NCBI GenBank assembly: GCA_050084985.1
Contig: JBITNC010000001.1
Location: 40,238,001-40,302,000, forward strand
DNA: 64,000 bases
DNA from: Nageia nagi
Lineage: Eukaryota; Plantae; Pinophyta
Direction: 5' to 3'
Shown here: in pieces, positions 10,660 through 24,559 of the stretch
Layout of the letters: each line of letters begins with the position of its first letter
Position numbering within the stretch: position 1 is the first letter of the stretch
Notes under the pieces: generated by a model
What the model was told of the DNA's origin: nothing
Database searches by the model: none
Seen by the model: only the letters and a program-made list of their open reading frames with translations
Made by a program: the position numbers and the translations under genes

Positions 10660-13140
10660 ATGGGGATGAAATGTAAGAAAGAACTAAAGAGCATAGAGGA
10701 ATTGAGGAAAGATGTAGAACAGGTAGAGATCTTCCAAAAGTTTGATTTGTTGCAATTCTTTGATAAGTTTAGAGGGTATAACAAACAACTAGTTTTAGAA
10801 TTTGTTGAAGGATTTAGGGAAAATTCTATAACATTGGGATCCCATACAATACCAATCACTAAGAATTCAATTAGTGAATTAACAAGGTTACCAATGCTTG
10901 GAGAAAATTTGTTGAAAAGAGATAGTTATCCAAATTTGTTAGAACAATTTCATCCAAGCATAGAATAGAAGGCAGAAGTATACAAAACCTCTAGTCATAT
11001 TCAAGGGGTAAAACAAAATACCTTACCTAAAAAATGGGCAAAAGCAGCTCTATGGATAATGAGGTACATTACCTATGAAGGGCAATATGCCACACTAATG
11101 GGGCACCATTTAAGGCTGTTAATATGTTTAAGGTATGAAAATTACACCTCTTATAATTTGTCTATGTTAGTGCTCTAAAATTTACAAAAAATGGCTATAA
11201 AGGTTAGAGTAAAGACTAATAACAAATCATCTACCTTAAAACACCATGGTTTAGTAACATTGCTCTGCAAAGAATATATTTTGAGAAAGGAGAATGGTGG
11301 TAGACTGTGGGAGGAATTCTAGAGGTAATACCCCTTAGAAAACCCTGATGTTCATGATATTTTAAAAATGGGAACTATAGAAATAGGAGAGATCAAGCTC
11401 TCACATTGAAACTATCCCAGTTATTTCTATTAGAAATATTAACATAGTTTAGATAGAGGAAAGTTTCAATGTAGGTACACAACAGGACATTCCTTCCAAT
11501 CCAACAGAAATAGAATTACAACTTGTATTTAGGAGAAGATCAAAAAGGTTAAGGAAGAAGTAGTCTCTAGAAAAAGAGTCATCCCCATAGAAAAGACATC
11601 AAGTGGAAAGGACTCTAGAAAGAACTGATAGTGGCCATCCAATTACTATTGATGAATTGGATCTAATAGCAGAAGAAATTCAACCTTTAGAACTAGTTCC
11701 AGAATTAGCTCTAGAACTAGATATACAAATTCTAGAAGATATCACTAGAAGATTGGAGCAAGAAGAGGAATTAGAGCTCTAGAAATTACAAAAGTGGCTT
11801 CAAGACATGGAATAAGCAAATGCACAATTGGTGAGTGAAAATTCTATTCTCATCAACAAGAGTACAAAGTTAGAGGAATAGAATTTACAATTGCTTCAAA
11901 ATTGTGTTAGCTTAGAAACAATGTTAGCTAAGAAAAGAGAAATGTCTGATATGGTTCAACAATTAGTAATTGAATTAGAGAAAAAGGGAATTTATTTAGA
12001 TAGATGTCAAAATATTGAACAAGTAGGGGAGCAGTTAGCTAATTTAGTTGTAAAATAGAATGAAAAAATAAAACAACTAAAAGATATTGTTCAACAATCA
12101 GAAGAAATTATTGAGAGGATGGAAGATTTAGACTTTAAAACCCTTTAAGAGATCAGAGCTCTAAATAAGCATAACAAATAAATTCCACTCATCAAGCAAG
12201 TAGTCAGAGATCTATGTAGAATATGTGATGAGTTTGTTCAATTGAAGTAACCCTTAGTTATGTACAGTAGGTACCTCAAAGAGCAATTTTTGAAATGGAA
12301 AGTAAAAAGAATCAAGAAAGGATTGCCATATAACTTAGACATAGGAGCAGACTTTATTAGGGCAATTTTGAAGTAGCAAAATAAGAAAGATACCTTCTAT
12401 GTGAATTATATGTTCATGATTTCATTCTTAAAGGTAACACAAGGTTCTTTCCAGCAGTGTTTGTAGGAGAAATCCAGATACAAGCTTTTGTATCTATTTT
12501 GTATAATCAAATTCAATAGGGAGATGAAATGGAACAAATCCCACAAAAAGATTTGATTGATAATTTTTGGGTCAGACAACAATCTGTGTATGTTGATGAG
12601 GTAAGATTGCTTTTCATGGCTGAAATTAATAGAGATCTAAATAATTACCAAGGAATGTTAGATGATTGCCTTACCAGATGCCTAAGCATAACACAGTCTA
12701 TATTTAATTAGGCTTTAGCCAACTGTCAAAAGAGATGGGATTTTTAGATAGATTAGCACAAGCAAAGGGAAATTATTTCCCCAAATAATTTGATATGAAA
12801 CAAACAAAGAGTTGAAACACTATGTACAATAATAAGAAAAGCACCTTATCAATGGATTGGAAAATGTTTTAAACCATTATTAGTTTTAGAACTAGCTTCT
12901 TTTTGGCAAGATGAGAGTCCCCAAAATTAGCAACTATTTTAGATTTGGGAAATAGAAATGACAATGAGTAAAGGTTTGGGAAATTATGTTGAAAGGCCAA
13001 GAATGGATAGTGTAGGCCCAACAAAGAAAAATCTTCTTTCAAGAGAAGATAAAGAAAATATTTTTAAATGCTTATATCCATATGACCTGAGCCTGATGAT
13101 GAAAGATTTAAATTCTCCCAACCAAAATTTTGATCCATAA
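10660..13140 (+). pseudogene. Long 3' accessory ('env-like' position) ORF of the Athila element, decayed
   Basis: ORF 10594-10968 GYNKQLVLEFVEGF...LGSHTIPITKNSISELTRLP resembles the plant transposon protein motif Y..LV.EF....G..I.....I...LGLP. Downstream coding-like, coiled-coil sequence (11750-12130) and ORF pieces 12529-12711 and 12958-13140. Confidence 0.7.
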
Positions 13141-13230
13141 TCCAGTGACTCTAAAAGTAATGATATAGAAAGGTAAATTAAGTAATTGAGCGGGCTCAAT
13201 TTTGATTGCTACAGGAGTAGCAATGTTTTT

Positions 13231-13242
13231 AGTTGGGGAGAA
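13231..13242 (+). promoter_or_regulatory. Polypurine tract of the Athila element
   Basis: AGTTGGGGAGAA immediately before the TG of the 3' LTR. Confidence 0.85.
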
Positions 13243-14643
13243 TGATGAGACTCAAAATGGTCTCATTTTTGATGCATTTATTTAATGTTTTAAGGACATT
13301 TGAACACTATTATGTCTTGAATGATATTACCAATTCTTATAAACTATCTAATTTAATGTTAAATGCATATTTGTTTGATCTTTCATTTATTAGTGTTATT
13401 TGTAATTTTGATGCATGAAAATTACTATTTATGTTTGAATAATGTTTGCTAAGCATATATTTTGATTTCACATAAGAATAATGGCTGCAAGTATCAAGTC
13501 TCTAGCTTTAGAGTAATCTTATTAAGAGCTCTAGAAAGCAACTTAAGTCTAGCTCTAGAAAGTAACTTAAGTCTAGCTCCAAAAATTGACTTAAGTCTAT
13601 CACCAAAAAGTGACTTAAGTCTAGCTCCAAAAACTATTTCTAGGCTTAGTTCCAGAAACCATGGCTCCAAAAAGGCTCCTAAATTATAGCTCCAAAAAGG
13701 TTCCTAAAATGTAGCTCTAGAAAGGTTCCTAAAATGTAGCTCTAGAAAGGCTCCTGAATTATAGCTCCAGAAAGGTTCTTGAAATGTAGCTCCAAAAAGG
13801 TTCCTAAAATGTAGCTTTAGAAAGGCTCCTAAATTATAGCTCCAAAAAGGTTCCTAAAATGTAGCTCCAAAAAGGTTCTTGAAATGTAGCTCCAGAAAGG
13901 CTCCTGAATTATAGCTCCAGAAATATAGAAGAATCAGATGCATAAAGTTAAGATGATAGCTACATCAAAGATAAAGAAGAAACGTGGATCAGTTAGAGAA
14001 ATTAGAGGAGCTAGAGAAGAAGTCAAGTAGACTTATTTCAATTTGGAACTAGTCTTAAGGAAAAAGTAACTAATTCTATTCTAGACTTGATCTTTGCAGA
14101 ATTATCTCCAGAATATTAGCAAACAGTGTAGGATAAGATGGATTGTATGACCCAAATGAATAGGTCAAGTAAGATATATTTAGAATGTTTAGTTAAAAAG
14201 TATTAATGAGCCTATTAGAATAAATAAGAGACTTTGTGATAGAAAAGGGGGCAGGCTTTTGTAATCAAATTGTATCAGTTCATTTGGAAAATCAATAAAA
14301 GAGTGTGACAATTCTTCAACATTGTGTTTAATTGTGAGTCTCGATTGGGAAGAGGGGTCCCACTCCTACTGGTTGAGGTCTCTTATTTGTTTTCATGTCA
14401 ATTTCTAGTTTTCTATAAGTATTTGATATCAGCTTAGTGTGAGTGTTTAACTCCATTTCCTTCAGTTTACTGCAACTTTATCTTTCTATTTTAATTCCTA
14501 CAAGTTTGAATTTAACATTGTTGTGTGATTGCAATTTGAATTTTTCAAGTAGAACAAGGGATAAAATAGAGTCCTCAACTGCATATAGCCTTGTATACCA
14601 ACTCAAGATTGATAAAATTAAATTATGAATTGATGCCTCATCA
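13243..14643 (+). repeat. 3' LTR of Athila-like element (1401 bp)
   Basis: Copy of 2320-3721, followed by TSD GTATC. Confidence 0.96.
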
Positions 14644-15330
14644 GTATCATCAACTACTATGATTGCTAGTGATAGTTATAAGCTAGTATAGTGCCATATG
14701 CAAAACCAATTACAACATAAAAATAAAATGCTTGAAGATAAGATAAAGGTAGAGATTGTAAGAACTTTAGAAGAGAGAAAAATAAGTATGAAAGATATGA
14801 TTCTTTGTATTTTAAAACTAGAGGTGTCTCAGTTCTATCATGATTTTATATTTGAAATGCTTACATCTTGTGTCACTAAAGTTCTAATAATACATTGAAT
14901 ATAATTTCATAGGCCATATCAAAACAATCCACCCATGCATTTCAAAGAACAAACAAAAATTCAATACTTGTTAACCTAGAGTAATCAAATATGGTATAAC
15001 TATTATTTAAAATAGTGTAGTTAGTTTGTATTGTATTCTATGTAATGAACTTATCTAGATTGTTAATTTTACATGTTGGCATTGGAAATGACATCACATT
15101 CTAAATTTGAAAGAAGGGCATGCATTTATATTAGGGAAAAAGGCCATAGTGGTTGAAGGATTGATGTTTAGTTAGAACCCTAATGAAGTGGTAAATCATG
15201 AACATTTGGGATAAGGTTATTGTAAATTCAATGTAACCATTTCTTATAAAGGGGATGTGGAGTTGTATAGATAGAATGATGATATAAAAAAATGGAAACT
15301 ATTGTGGGCTTCTTCATTGCCTAGTCTATA
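14644..15330 (+). pseudogene. CACTA TnpA-like gene, 3' part (coiled coil and Transposase_23-like domain)
   Basis: Coding resumes after the TSD (coiled-coil ORF 14698-14898). ~15140-15325 KAIVVEGLMFS*NPNEVVNHEHLG*GYCKFNV...VGFFIA* matches VA.G...S.DP...V....LG....KV.V...G..IAW. Confidence 0.65.
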
Positions 15331-16462
15331 TTAGACCTTTTTTATATAAATTATGGACTATTATAGTAGTATTGTAAATTATGAATTTGTGATGTGAAAT
15401 GTTTTAAAGTGTCAAAATATTTCAAAGTGTTAAAAAATTAGTTCAAAAATGATTATTCAACCCATAATTTTTCTAAATGTCAAAAACTAGTCTAAAAGTT
15501 ATAAGTTTACTAAAACATGCTTGTAATACTTAGATAAATGTATAGAAATCATGAAGTGTTTAATAATATTAGATTTTAAGGGAATAACTACTATAGTAAT
15601 GAATTTCATATCCTTTTATCATTGTAGTACATGAAATTGTATTCACATCATGCATCCTCAACATTTTTTATACAATTCTATCAAGTTTTATGGGAATCTT
15701 GGTAATGAAGTTAAAATATTCCTCAAGATAGCTTATATGATTAGTAAGGTAAAAAATTAATGTATAATGAATAATCCTAGTAATAATCTAATAAGAGTTA
15801 CTCATTGTATTAAAGTATTTACAACCCTCATCTATTAGACTTGTATGGAATCATGCAAGTAGAACACATACATAAATTATTCTATTAGGGCTAGTTACCT
15901 TTAAGTTATTTATTGAATTAAAGAGTTTAAGGACATCATTTTATCCATGAATTACATATCCTTGAATAATTGTAGTCCATGAAAACATATCTAGTTGATT
16001 CTTGTAAAAGAGTGTAGAAAAAGGGAAAATTATGGAAAATAATCATTTTTTGGTTGAAACCTAAATATGCTACATATTATGTACTACTTTCAAATATTTA
16101 TGATAAATTGGGAATTTGTGTTTCAAATATTGATATTGAAAATGGATGTGTAACAACCCCACAATGTTTGTATTGTGTGTGGTAGTATGTGTAACCCTAT
16201 TTGTATTTTGTATTGGATTGCATAGAATTAAATAATGGTGATATTGAGATGAATTTCTTTCATATATGAATATGATATTTTCTTTCAAATGTATTTATGC
16301 TAGCTTGGAGTAGTAATTTTTTAGTAGGACTAGGTGGACCAAAGTTTGATCAACCACTAGAAGAGGAGGTCTCATTAAGGAAATACTAGGCACCTATAAG
16401 AAAAGATGAAACCAATTTAAAACATGTTAAATATATTTTTGAAAATATATAATCTACCATGT

Positions 16463-16514
16463 TATATATATATATATGTGTGTGTGTGTTGTGTGTGTGT
16501 GTGTGTGTGTGTGT
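16463..16514. repeat. Compound (TA)n(TG)n microsatellite
   Basis: Directly visible. Confidence 0.95.
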
Positions 16515-17599
16515 ACATACGTATATGTATGTATATATTTATTTATTAAATATGAATATAGTATGTATATATAATAAAAATAATATCATATTGGTCTAGA
16601 ATAAATAGACATTAGGTATTTACAATTATATCAATTTTATCTATAAATATATCTAATATGTTATAAGGATATTAAATATTACACATGCTAAAAATAAAAA
16701 GAGAATAAATATTTATTACCTAAGAGGTGGATCAAAGGTATAAACATTTATTACATTTACCCATTTATCCTTCAATAAAATTAAAAGGATGAATAAATTT
16801 TATTCCATGTGGGGTACTATTGTTACCAAATTTAGAACCTTTTTCCCCATTCAATCATTTGAATTATTGAAGCTCAAACAATCCATCCATTCAACTCTAT
16901 ATTTGTTTGAAAAACCCATTATAATGTAAGGTAGATAAATGAATAGTATTTTAAATGAAGGTAGTGTTCAAATTTATACTATTTATGGAGAATCTTAAAT
17001 AGTGTCTCATATTGGATTTATTTACCATATGTTTGGCTAAAAGTATGAGACTATTTTGTAAAAATGTCATATTGGTGGAAGAAGAGATGGATAAGAGAAG
17101 AGACAAATGAGTAAGCTTGGAGAAAGTATTCTTTATGAAGATTTTATCCAAGTTGGATTCCTTTAATTATTGGTTTTCTCATGTCTTGGTAATTATGAGA
17201 AAGAATTCAAAAACATACATATTTTATTTTAATTTTTTTTAGAGTTCTAAAAATTGTTTATGTTGAAATTTAGTATGACTAAACTAGTAGATGTGAATGC
17301 TATTAGAATTCATATTATATAGACTTGTCTTAATGATATGATATTTTAACATAAGTTACATACATATATTTCAAATTACTATTCAAAACCATTAAAAATT
17401 AAGTTTAAATGTGGAAGTTATAACTTCTAGAAGATTATTATTCTATTTGATATAGCATACGTGTAGATAGAATTGATGATTATTTGTGCAAACATTAAAT
17501 AGAGTAATTAGATTGATACAAATCAGTTAAAATTTGAATATAATATTATACAAATAATTATAACTCTATAAAAAAAAATATTATAAGACATACTAGTAG

Positions 17600-18210
17600 A
17601 AATAAAGTAATAAACTTTCTATTTAGACCAAACAATTAATGAAGTGTAACAAAATTAAGTCAAAATTAATATTTATCAATAAAGACATCAAAATTAAGGA
17701 TTATTCTTATCCAAATGGATTAAAATTTGGAGATGATATTATATGCATCGATATTAGTATACATTTTAAAAATATTATAAAAATAAATTATGGAATAAAG
17801 TTTATAAACTCTACAACTTGACTAAATTGTTAAGACATAGTAAAACCAAATTAAGTCAGAATTAATAGTTGTTGGTAGAGACATCAAAATTAAGGTTTAT
17901 TCTTATAAAAATTCATTGAAATTAGGAGGGAATATTTTAAACATACATATTCATTTACAATTCAATTATATTGAAAAATAAATTATAGGATAAAAGTTAT
18001 AAACCCTACAAGTAGTTTGAACATTTCAAAGATAGTAGAACAAGATGAAGTCAAAGTTGTTAGATGTAAATAAAGATATCAAAAGTAGGATTTATATTTC
18101 TACAAATAAGATAAAATTTAGAGAGAATATTTTATACATAAATATTCACCTAAAATTCAAAAATATTATAAAGAGGAGTTGTAGAATAAAATTTATAAAT
18201 TCTATCATAA
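17600..18210 (+). repeat. ~195-bp degenerate tandem repeat (about 3 copies) in the Tekay-like LTR
   Basis: Recurrent aaattaagtca..agacatcaaaattaagg..ataaag/aagttataaac at ~17650, ~17845 and ~18045. Confidence 0.75.
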
Positions 18211-20993
18211 AGACAACAAAATAAAGTTGATTATCCTAGTAACAAAAGAATGTATAATGTTAAAAATGATATGATATATAAATATATTTATTTTTTAATA
18301 TAATAATATTAAAAAAAAATTAATACAATAATTTTTATATCAGATTATAGCTTGATTTTTATGTAATATTCTAGATCCATATGATAAATATTCATTATAA
18401 TATTTTTAATTGCTTAAAGAGAGGAATGATATATGAAATATGTATATTATTTTTATAAAAATGAAATAAAATATCCAAATCATTTATGCCATTATTTATG
18501 ATTTAATTTAGGCATTACTTTCTTTTATAAAAACTAAAACTCCATGATCTATAAATAGGAAAAGTCATTAAGTTTGCTATCATCCTCTTAAGATCCATAA
18601 TGGGGTGGTTGAATTTGAATTAGGTATTATTAGGGTGATTAATAATACATGGACATCAGCATCTAAAAAAATAATATTTTTATTTACAAAATCTTACTAG
18701 TAGTTGTGAACTTCAACTCTTGAATTCATCTTGAAAAAAATAATTTGAAGAAATAAACTAGAATAATTCTTGATAGTTATTGTTATGATAAAATTTTAGA
18801 GTTATTTAATAATTAATCAAGAAAGTACAAATTATTGAGTTTGGTAAGATATTACATATAATGAATTTATCACTTTAAAAGAAACTTTATGAGATAAGAG
18901 GTGATAATATGTGAATTAGCATTTAGATTCCATTTATCGAAGAAAGGATACTAAAGATGAGTAGCATTCTATATCTAAGTAGGAATTAAATTATAATGAT
19001 GAAATAAAATTATTATATAATTAATTTTTAAATTATTTAATTAGGAAAGATAATAAGAGAATTATTTTCATCCTAAAGATGGGTTGAAACAAGGAATTGA
19101 TAATTTTAGAATCATGATCTAGAAAATATCATAGAGTTAAGTATGACATCCCAATGATATTGAATGTATTATCAGAATTAGTGACAATACATGAGGTGAT
19201 GAGTGAAAATAAATGAGGTATTCATATAGGATCATATAAAAACTTGATATAGTAATTATTAAATTTAGAAGACATATCCTATATGATAGTTGCATTTGGT
19301 AAGATATGATGTGATAATTATATGCATGACACATATCTCATCAAGAAGGATAAGACCAATAGACCATGATATTATTCCTATAAGAACAAGTAGAGAACAT
19401 CACCAATTTGGAATGGAATTTTAAATCATTGATAAACTTGTTGTATAATACACTTTAGTTTGTGAATTTTAGTTAATTAAATGCATGATGATGCAATTAC
19501 AATTTTTTTGAAATAATAAAATGATTGTTGGATGCAACTTATAGCCCTTGATTTTTGCTTCATGACTTGATATTAGGAATTACTCACATTAATCAAATTC
19601 TTGTATCAATTAGTGAATGACTTATGGTTATGGTGTTTGAAATATTTTTATTAATACATTTGCAAATTCAATTATTTACTTGTTCGAATAAATGATTAAA
19701 TGAAAAGTACGATGAAGAAAAATTGAATGCAAGATGTTATATTAATTAAGATATTTACTAAGTTATTCATTTTTGAAACTTGCATGAATGAAAATACAAA
19801 TAAATGAAGGTGGAAATTAGTTATCAAACATGATAGATTAATATAAGATTATGAACAATTAACCTAGTTGTAATCTAGGTATGATTATGGAAGTATAAAT
19901 ATATATAACTTGAACAATAAGTTGAATATGCCAATATTTTATATTGTTAAAGGAATTATATAATAAATAACAAAGGTCTAATGAATTCTAAATGAATATA
20001 ACTATAATGAATACCTTATAAGTTATTATCTAAACAAATGATATGGGTTTGATCTATATTAAAACACCTCTTATGAAAGAAAATGGAAGGTTTCAATGAA
20101 TGCATATGAGAAATGTCTACATTCAAAGTTTTTCATTTGTTCTTATAGTAATGATAATCTATAAATAATAATATAAAATTAATAGATAAAGTATAATGAA
20201 TTAGATGAAAGGAATTTATGTCAATAAGGTATCTAGTTAGATTTATAAGTTATACTAGTAGCTACATTGTGTACACTTTTTAAAGAATGGTGTATCTAAG
20301 AAGCAAATATAGCCTTGACAATAATCCAAGATGTTGAATAAAAATAATAGTGTGCAAACTAAATTTAACTTAATTATCAAATATAATTGTAGAGAGAGAT
20401 AACAAGTAGTAATGAACAAAATTAATACAAAGGAAATAATGATTTGGGATAAGTATGGAATTATATACAAATAATATTGAAAACCTTTGAGTGTTGGAAA
20501 ACATATCATTATTTAAAAAGGTGGGGTTGAGAGAATTTCATAGATAGAAACTTCACATCCTTATTTCCTATAAAATGTGAGCTAATCTTGTCTATAGCCT
20601 TCTCAACTACTTAAAATGGAAGCCTTACATTTTTTAAAGTATGATTTTTTCCTTTCATATGATTGATATGGGATTTTGTGATTTGAAAGTGAAGCATTTA
20701 CTTTTCCACTTATACATAAGGTTATAATTGTTGAAAATTGACATAAATAAATAGTAAAGATGTTTTGAAACTCTTAGAGTACTTTATTCATGCTTAGTTG
20801 ATAGTAAATCATAAACATATTGATGGTTACATTATTAATCACATAGAGAGAAAACTAGAGTAGTAATCATCATAAAAACTAGTATATTTTTATCATAGAA
20901 AGATTAGGTATTTGTATGAAGATCATACTCAAGTTAATTTATGTATAGTCATAGACTATATTTCAAAGGAAAAGTTATGGTATAAATAATGTA

Positions 20994-21639
20994 TGTGGGA
21001 TATCTATGTGAATAGTACTTTGTAAAAATATCTCTCATACAAACCCAAGCTCAAATATTAGATTTTATACTACTCATTAATAATATTTAGTATTCTAAAT
21101 TAGATTCATAATGTTAACATAAGTGTAAACATGAAGATCAACTATGTGATTGATCTTACATATAAATTAAGTATGTAAACATAACTAGGAATAGGGTTTT
21201 ATTCTAATAGTTTACTCAAATCAAACAAAGAACCCTTGATGATGAAAACAATTAATGCTTCCTATAAATATTTTGATCCCTCTAGATATAGGCATGAGGA
21301 GATTGAACCATCAGTGGAGCTAACCCATAGATATGGACATGAGGTGCTCATACCACTGGTGGAGTTAACCCATAGATATGGGCAAGTTAATATTCATGTT
21401 TTGTGATAAGGAATAGAAATCACATAATCTACATTATATTGAGTGAATACATATATCTTAGTCTTCTCTTCTTTTCATAATGTAGTGAATATATATGACA
21501 ACTATTCTAGGGGGTTTCACTATACCCACATAATTTAATGTAGAGGATTATCATCAAGTGATGATGAATATTATTGGTTACACATTAGGTGATCATGATT
21601 ACTCTTTTAAGTACACTATCTTGGGTGATATGTACCCCA
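20994..21639. mobile_element. Probable solo LTR inserted in the Tekay-like RT region; contains a ~46-bp tandem repeat (21283-21385)
   Basis: TGTGGGATA...TACCCCA ends; non-coding block between RT-like segments; TSD only 3/5 (ATGTA/ATATG). Confidence 0.4.
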
Positions 21640-22902
21640 ATATGAAACCAAATCCAAAAGCTATGATTGAATGATTGATTGCAAGTGAAGTGGTAGTAAT
21701 GAAGGGATCATGTGTATGCACCCATCGTAACAAAGAGGAGTTAGGAAAGTCAATTATAGAAAATGGAAGGGGTTGATAAACTTAATAAGTGATAAACTTA
21801 ACCCACTTGAGTGTCAATTGGGCATTGATAGGAAGCTTAATTTGAATATCCTAAAATTCCATTGGATAAATATTTTTATGGGTATTTAAAGATAAATATA
21901 TAAAATAAAATATCTTAGTTTTCAATTATTTTGAAGAGTTATTTTAGAAAGTTGTGATAAATTTCTATTAGATACTAGTTTTAATTAAACTAGGGAAAGA
22001 AATTTTAAAATGAAGGATGAATTAGATTATTATGAAGGTGTACAACATAACTTAAGAGTAAATTATAACAAGTTTCCATTGATAAACCCAAGTTATTAGC
22101 TTATGTTATATTAAGTTAAATAGAAAAGTCTAAGTCAATAATTATGATTTTACATAAAAAATTTATTGATAGAAGAATCCAATTTAAATGATTAGAAGAA
22201 CTAGATATAAGATGGTTTGAATTTGAAGCAATTATATCCCATGGAATAGAAATGTGATGAAAAACTATGGAGTATAAATGAGATATAATCCAATATGTTT
22301 GATGTTTGAAAATCTTAAAGGAGTAAGTAATCCGAACAAAGATGTCATTTTCAAAGTGTCCAAGTAATAGAAAAGGATCCTAAGTACTTCCATGGATATA
22401 AAGTAGTTGGGTAAATGTATTCCATGAGTCATACAAGGAACTCATTAAAAGGTATATGGATGACAAACCTCCAATTCCAATTAGCAAAAGTGAACAAATG
22501 AATGAATAGAAGTAATTGTTCTTTAGTTTCTATCTAAGTAAAAAAACATCCAAAATTTTATGTGGTTTATGCTAAAATAACTAAATGATTTTGATGTAAG
22601 ATGTTATCCATCGCATCGATAAATTGCTATTATAATAAACCATGCATCCCATGATGGATGATATTCTATTGTAGTGAAATAGGTAAAGTTGGGATTCATA
22701 TAAAAAGATTTGGAGAGATTATTTTGAAGACCACCATAAATTCTTGAACTCTAGATTGTGCAAACCAAAGATAAAACTTTTTCTCTACATTTAGTGGTTA
22801 CAATTGAAAGAACATTTCTTATATAGAAAAAGAATATATTAATGGACAACACCATTATTGTAATAGTTGTATACATTAAATTTTTGTCACATATAATGGT
22901 AT
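21640..22902 (+). pseudogene. Very degenerate RT/RNase H remnants of the Tekay-like element
   Basis: Only fragmentary motifs (LNK; L.VN..K; KLLL..NHA); no open frame. Confidence 0.4.
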
Positions 22903-24150
22903 TGTATATCCCTACACATATTGGAGTTATAAGAGTTTTGTATGGGTATGTCATTTTTCATCCTTTACTATTATTAGAATAATTTATACTTAGACAATTT
23001 TAGACATTGTTATGATGATTGATTTTGATGGAGATCTGAAAATATTTATGCGCATATAGTTCATTAGAATGGATGTAGAATTAGTGAGTCCAAGGACTTA
23101 GTCAATTTTTAAGCATTTCTTATAGTGTTCAATTTTAGGGGAGGTTTAACATTTTGGTGATGTATAATCTTTGTCAAAATGATGGAGGGATCATTGTAGT
23201 GTTATACTTAGCCATTTTCCAATATTTTGCAGAACATTTTATTATGGTGGATATTTAGCAAAGTGGAGAAGACCATTTTCTTCCAGCATAATCCACTTTG
23301 TTTAGTATTTGACTCCATTAGGTCTATTAGAATTCAAGTACCTATAAATAGTGGTGGAATCCTAGTGAAATGCAATTTCATTCCAAGGTGATTTTGACTT
23401 TCAAATTTGAAGTTTCAAATTTCGGATGAACTAAAGAGTACTAGCACATCCAAAATATTATTTTAGATACTTATAAACTAGAATCTGATTTAAAAATTCT
23501 GTAAAATATCAAATATAATATATTAGTTAGTTATAAATATTTTATATATCAAAGTTTGTTAGGATTTAGTTAGAAAATATTTTATGGAGGTAAAACTATA
23601 AGTATCTTTGTTGTTTTAATAGAAGGGGTTGGAAATAGTAGATATTACCTTTATTGTGTACTTATGTCAATGATAATAGAATATAGTTTTCTTCTTGATC
23701 TCTTAACTATGATTTTATTATCATTATTCTTATATAGTTGTGTTATATGCTTATTTGCACTTTGTGGACTATGAGAAGTTATTAGTAGTTAATGCATATT
23801 TGTAAAGCACTTGTATATTATTATTATTTGAAGTATCATGCTTATTTGGTGGTTACAAAATAAACCATTCAACCATCTTAGATTCTACTATAATGAATGC
23901 CTGTGCTAGTCCAAATTTTTTCTTTTGCTTATTTTCACTCATTAACTTAGAATCTTAGATTTGCTTTAGTTTTGCAAGTTTTCTTTCTATAATCTTTGCT
24001 TTCACATTTCTTGAGTTTGATCTCGATAGGAACTTGCCTTCTATGGAGATAGATTTCCAGCAATAGAAATCACATCATTAGAATTATAGTTGTTACTTTG
24101 ATACCTAATTGCATGTATGATTACATAATATTATTCAATATTATTCTAAT
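22903..24150 (+). repeat. 5' LTR of the TatII-like element; TATA box cctataaata at 23341
   Basis: Aligns with 34330-~35564; the last ~25 bp diverge from the 3' copy. Confidence 0.85.
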
Positions 24151-24156
24151 TCTTTT

Positions 24157-24174
24157 TGGCACACTTGATGGGAT
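24157..24174 (+). promoter_or_regulatory. Primer-binding site (tRNA-Arg-like)
   Basis: TGGCACACTTGATGGGAT versus Tat-type TGGCACGCCCGGTGGGA(C/T); differences are transitions only. Confidence 0.75.
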
Positions 24175-24559
24175 GATCTCCTAACCTATACTGAATTATG
24201 CACGATCATTGTATCATGATGGAGAATTTTCCCAGATGAAACTTGTTCTTTATTTTATAAAGTTTCTACTTCTTTCAATTTTATTGATTATGAGAATAGG
24301 GTCACAAACTAGAAAACTTAAAAAGTTTTCTATTACTAAAGGTTCTCAAAAATATGTTGAAACCCTAGTTAGGAAATCCAAATCTCTTACAAACGTTACT
24401 CAAATTTTGACTCCTTCCACATTAAATTCTATTCCACCTTTTAATAGAAGGAATATAATTAATTTTCTTATTCAAATGGATCAAAAATATATTGCACCTC
24501 TTATTTACCAATATGGAATGGTTTTGGAGCCCTTCAAATTGCAAATCCCCATGATATTC

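Larger units (their letters stand above)
2320..14643 (+). mobile_element. Full-length Ty3/gypsy LTR retrotransposon, Athila-like, non-functional
   Basis: Direct-repeat LTRs TGATGAG...CTCATCA. Perfect 5-bp TSD GTATC (2315-2319 and 14644-14648). Athila-type PBS and PPT, order gag-PR-RT-RH-INT, extra 3' ORF. Confidence 0.96.
16149..18320 (+). repeat. 5' LTR of the Tekay-like element (3' end uncertain)
   Basis: 16149-~17785 aligns by eye with 38054-39655. The end is inferred only from a weak PBS-like TATATCAGA near 18336. Confidence 0.6.

Noticed and set aside
16070-20509. Short hydrophobic ORFs in the track (16070, 16951, 17639, 19137, 20255)
   Set aside because: Chance ORFs in AT-rich LTR or decayed sequence, with no motifs.
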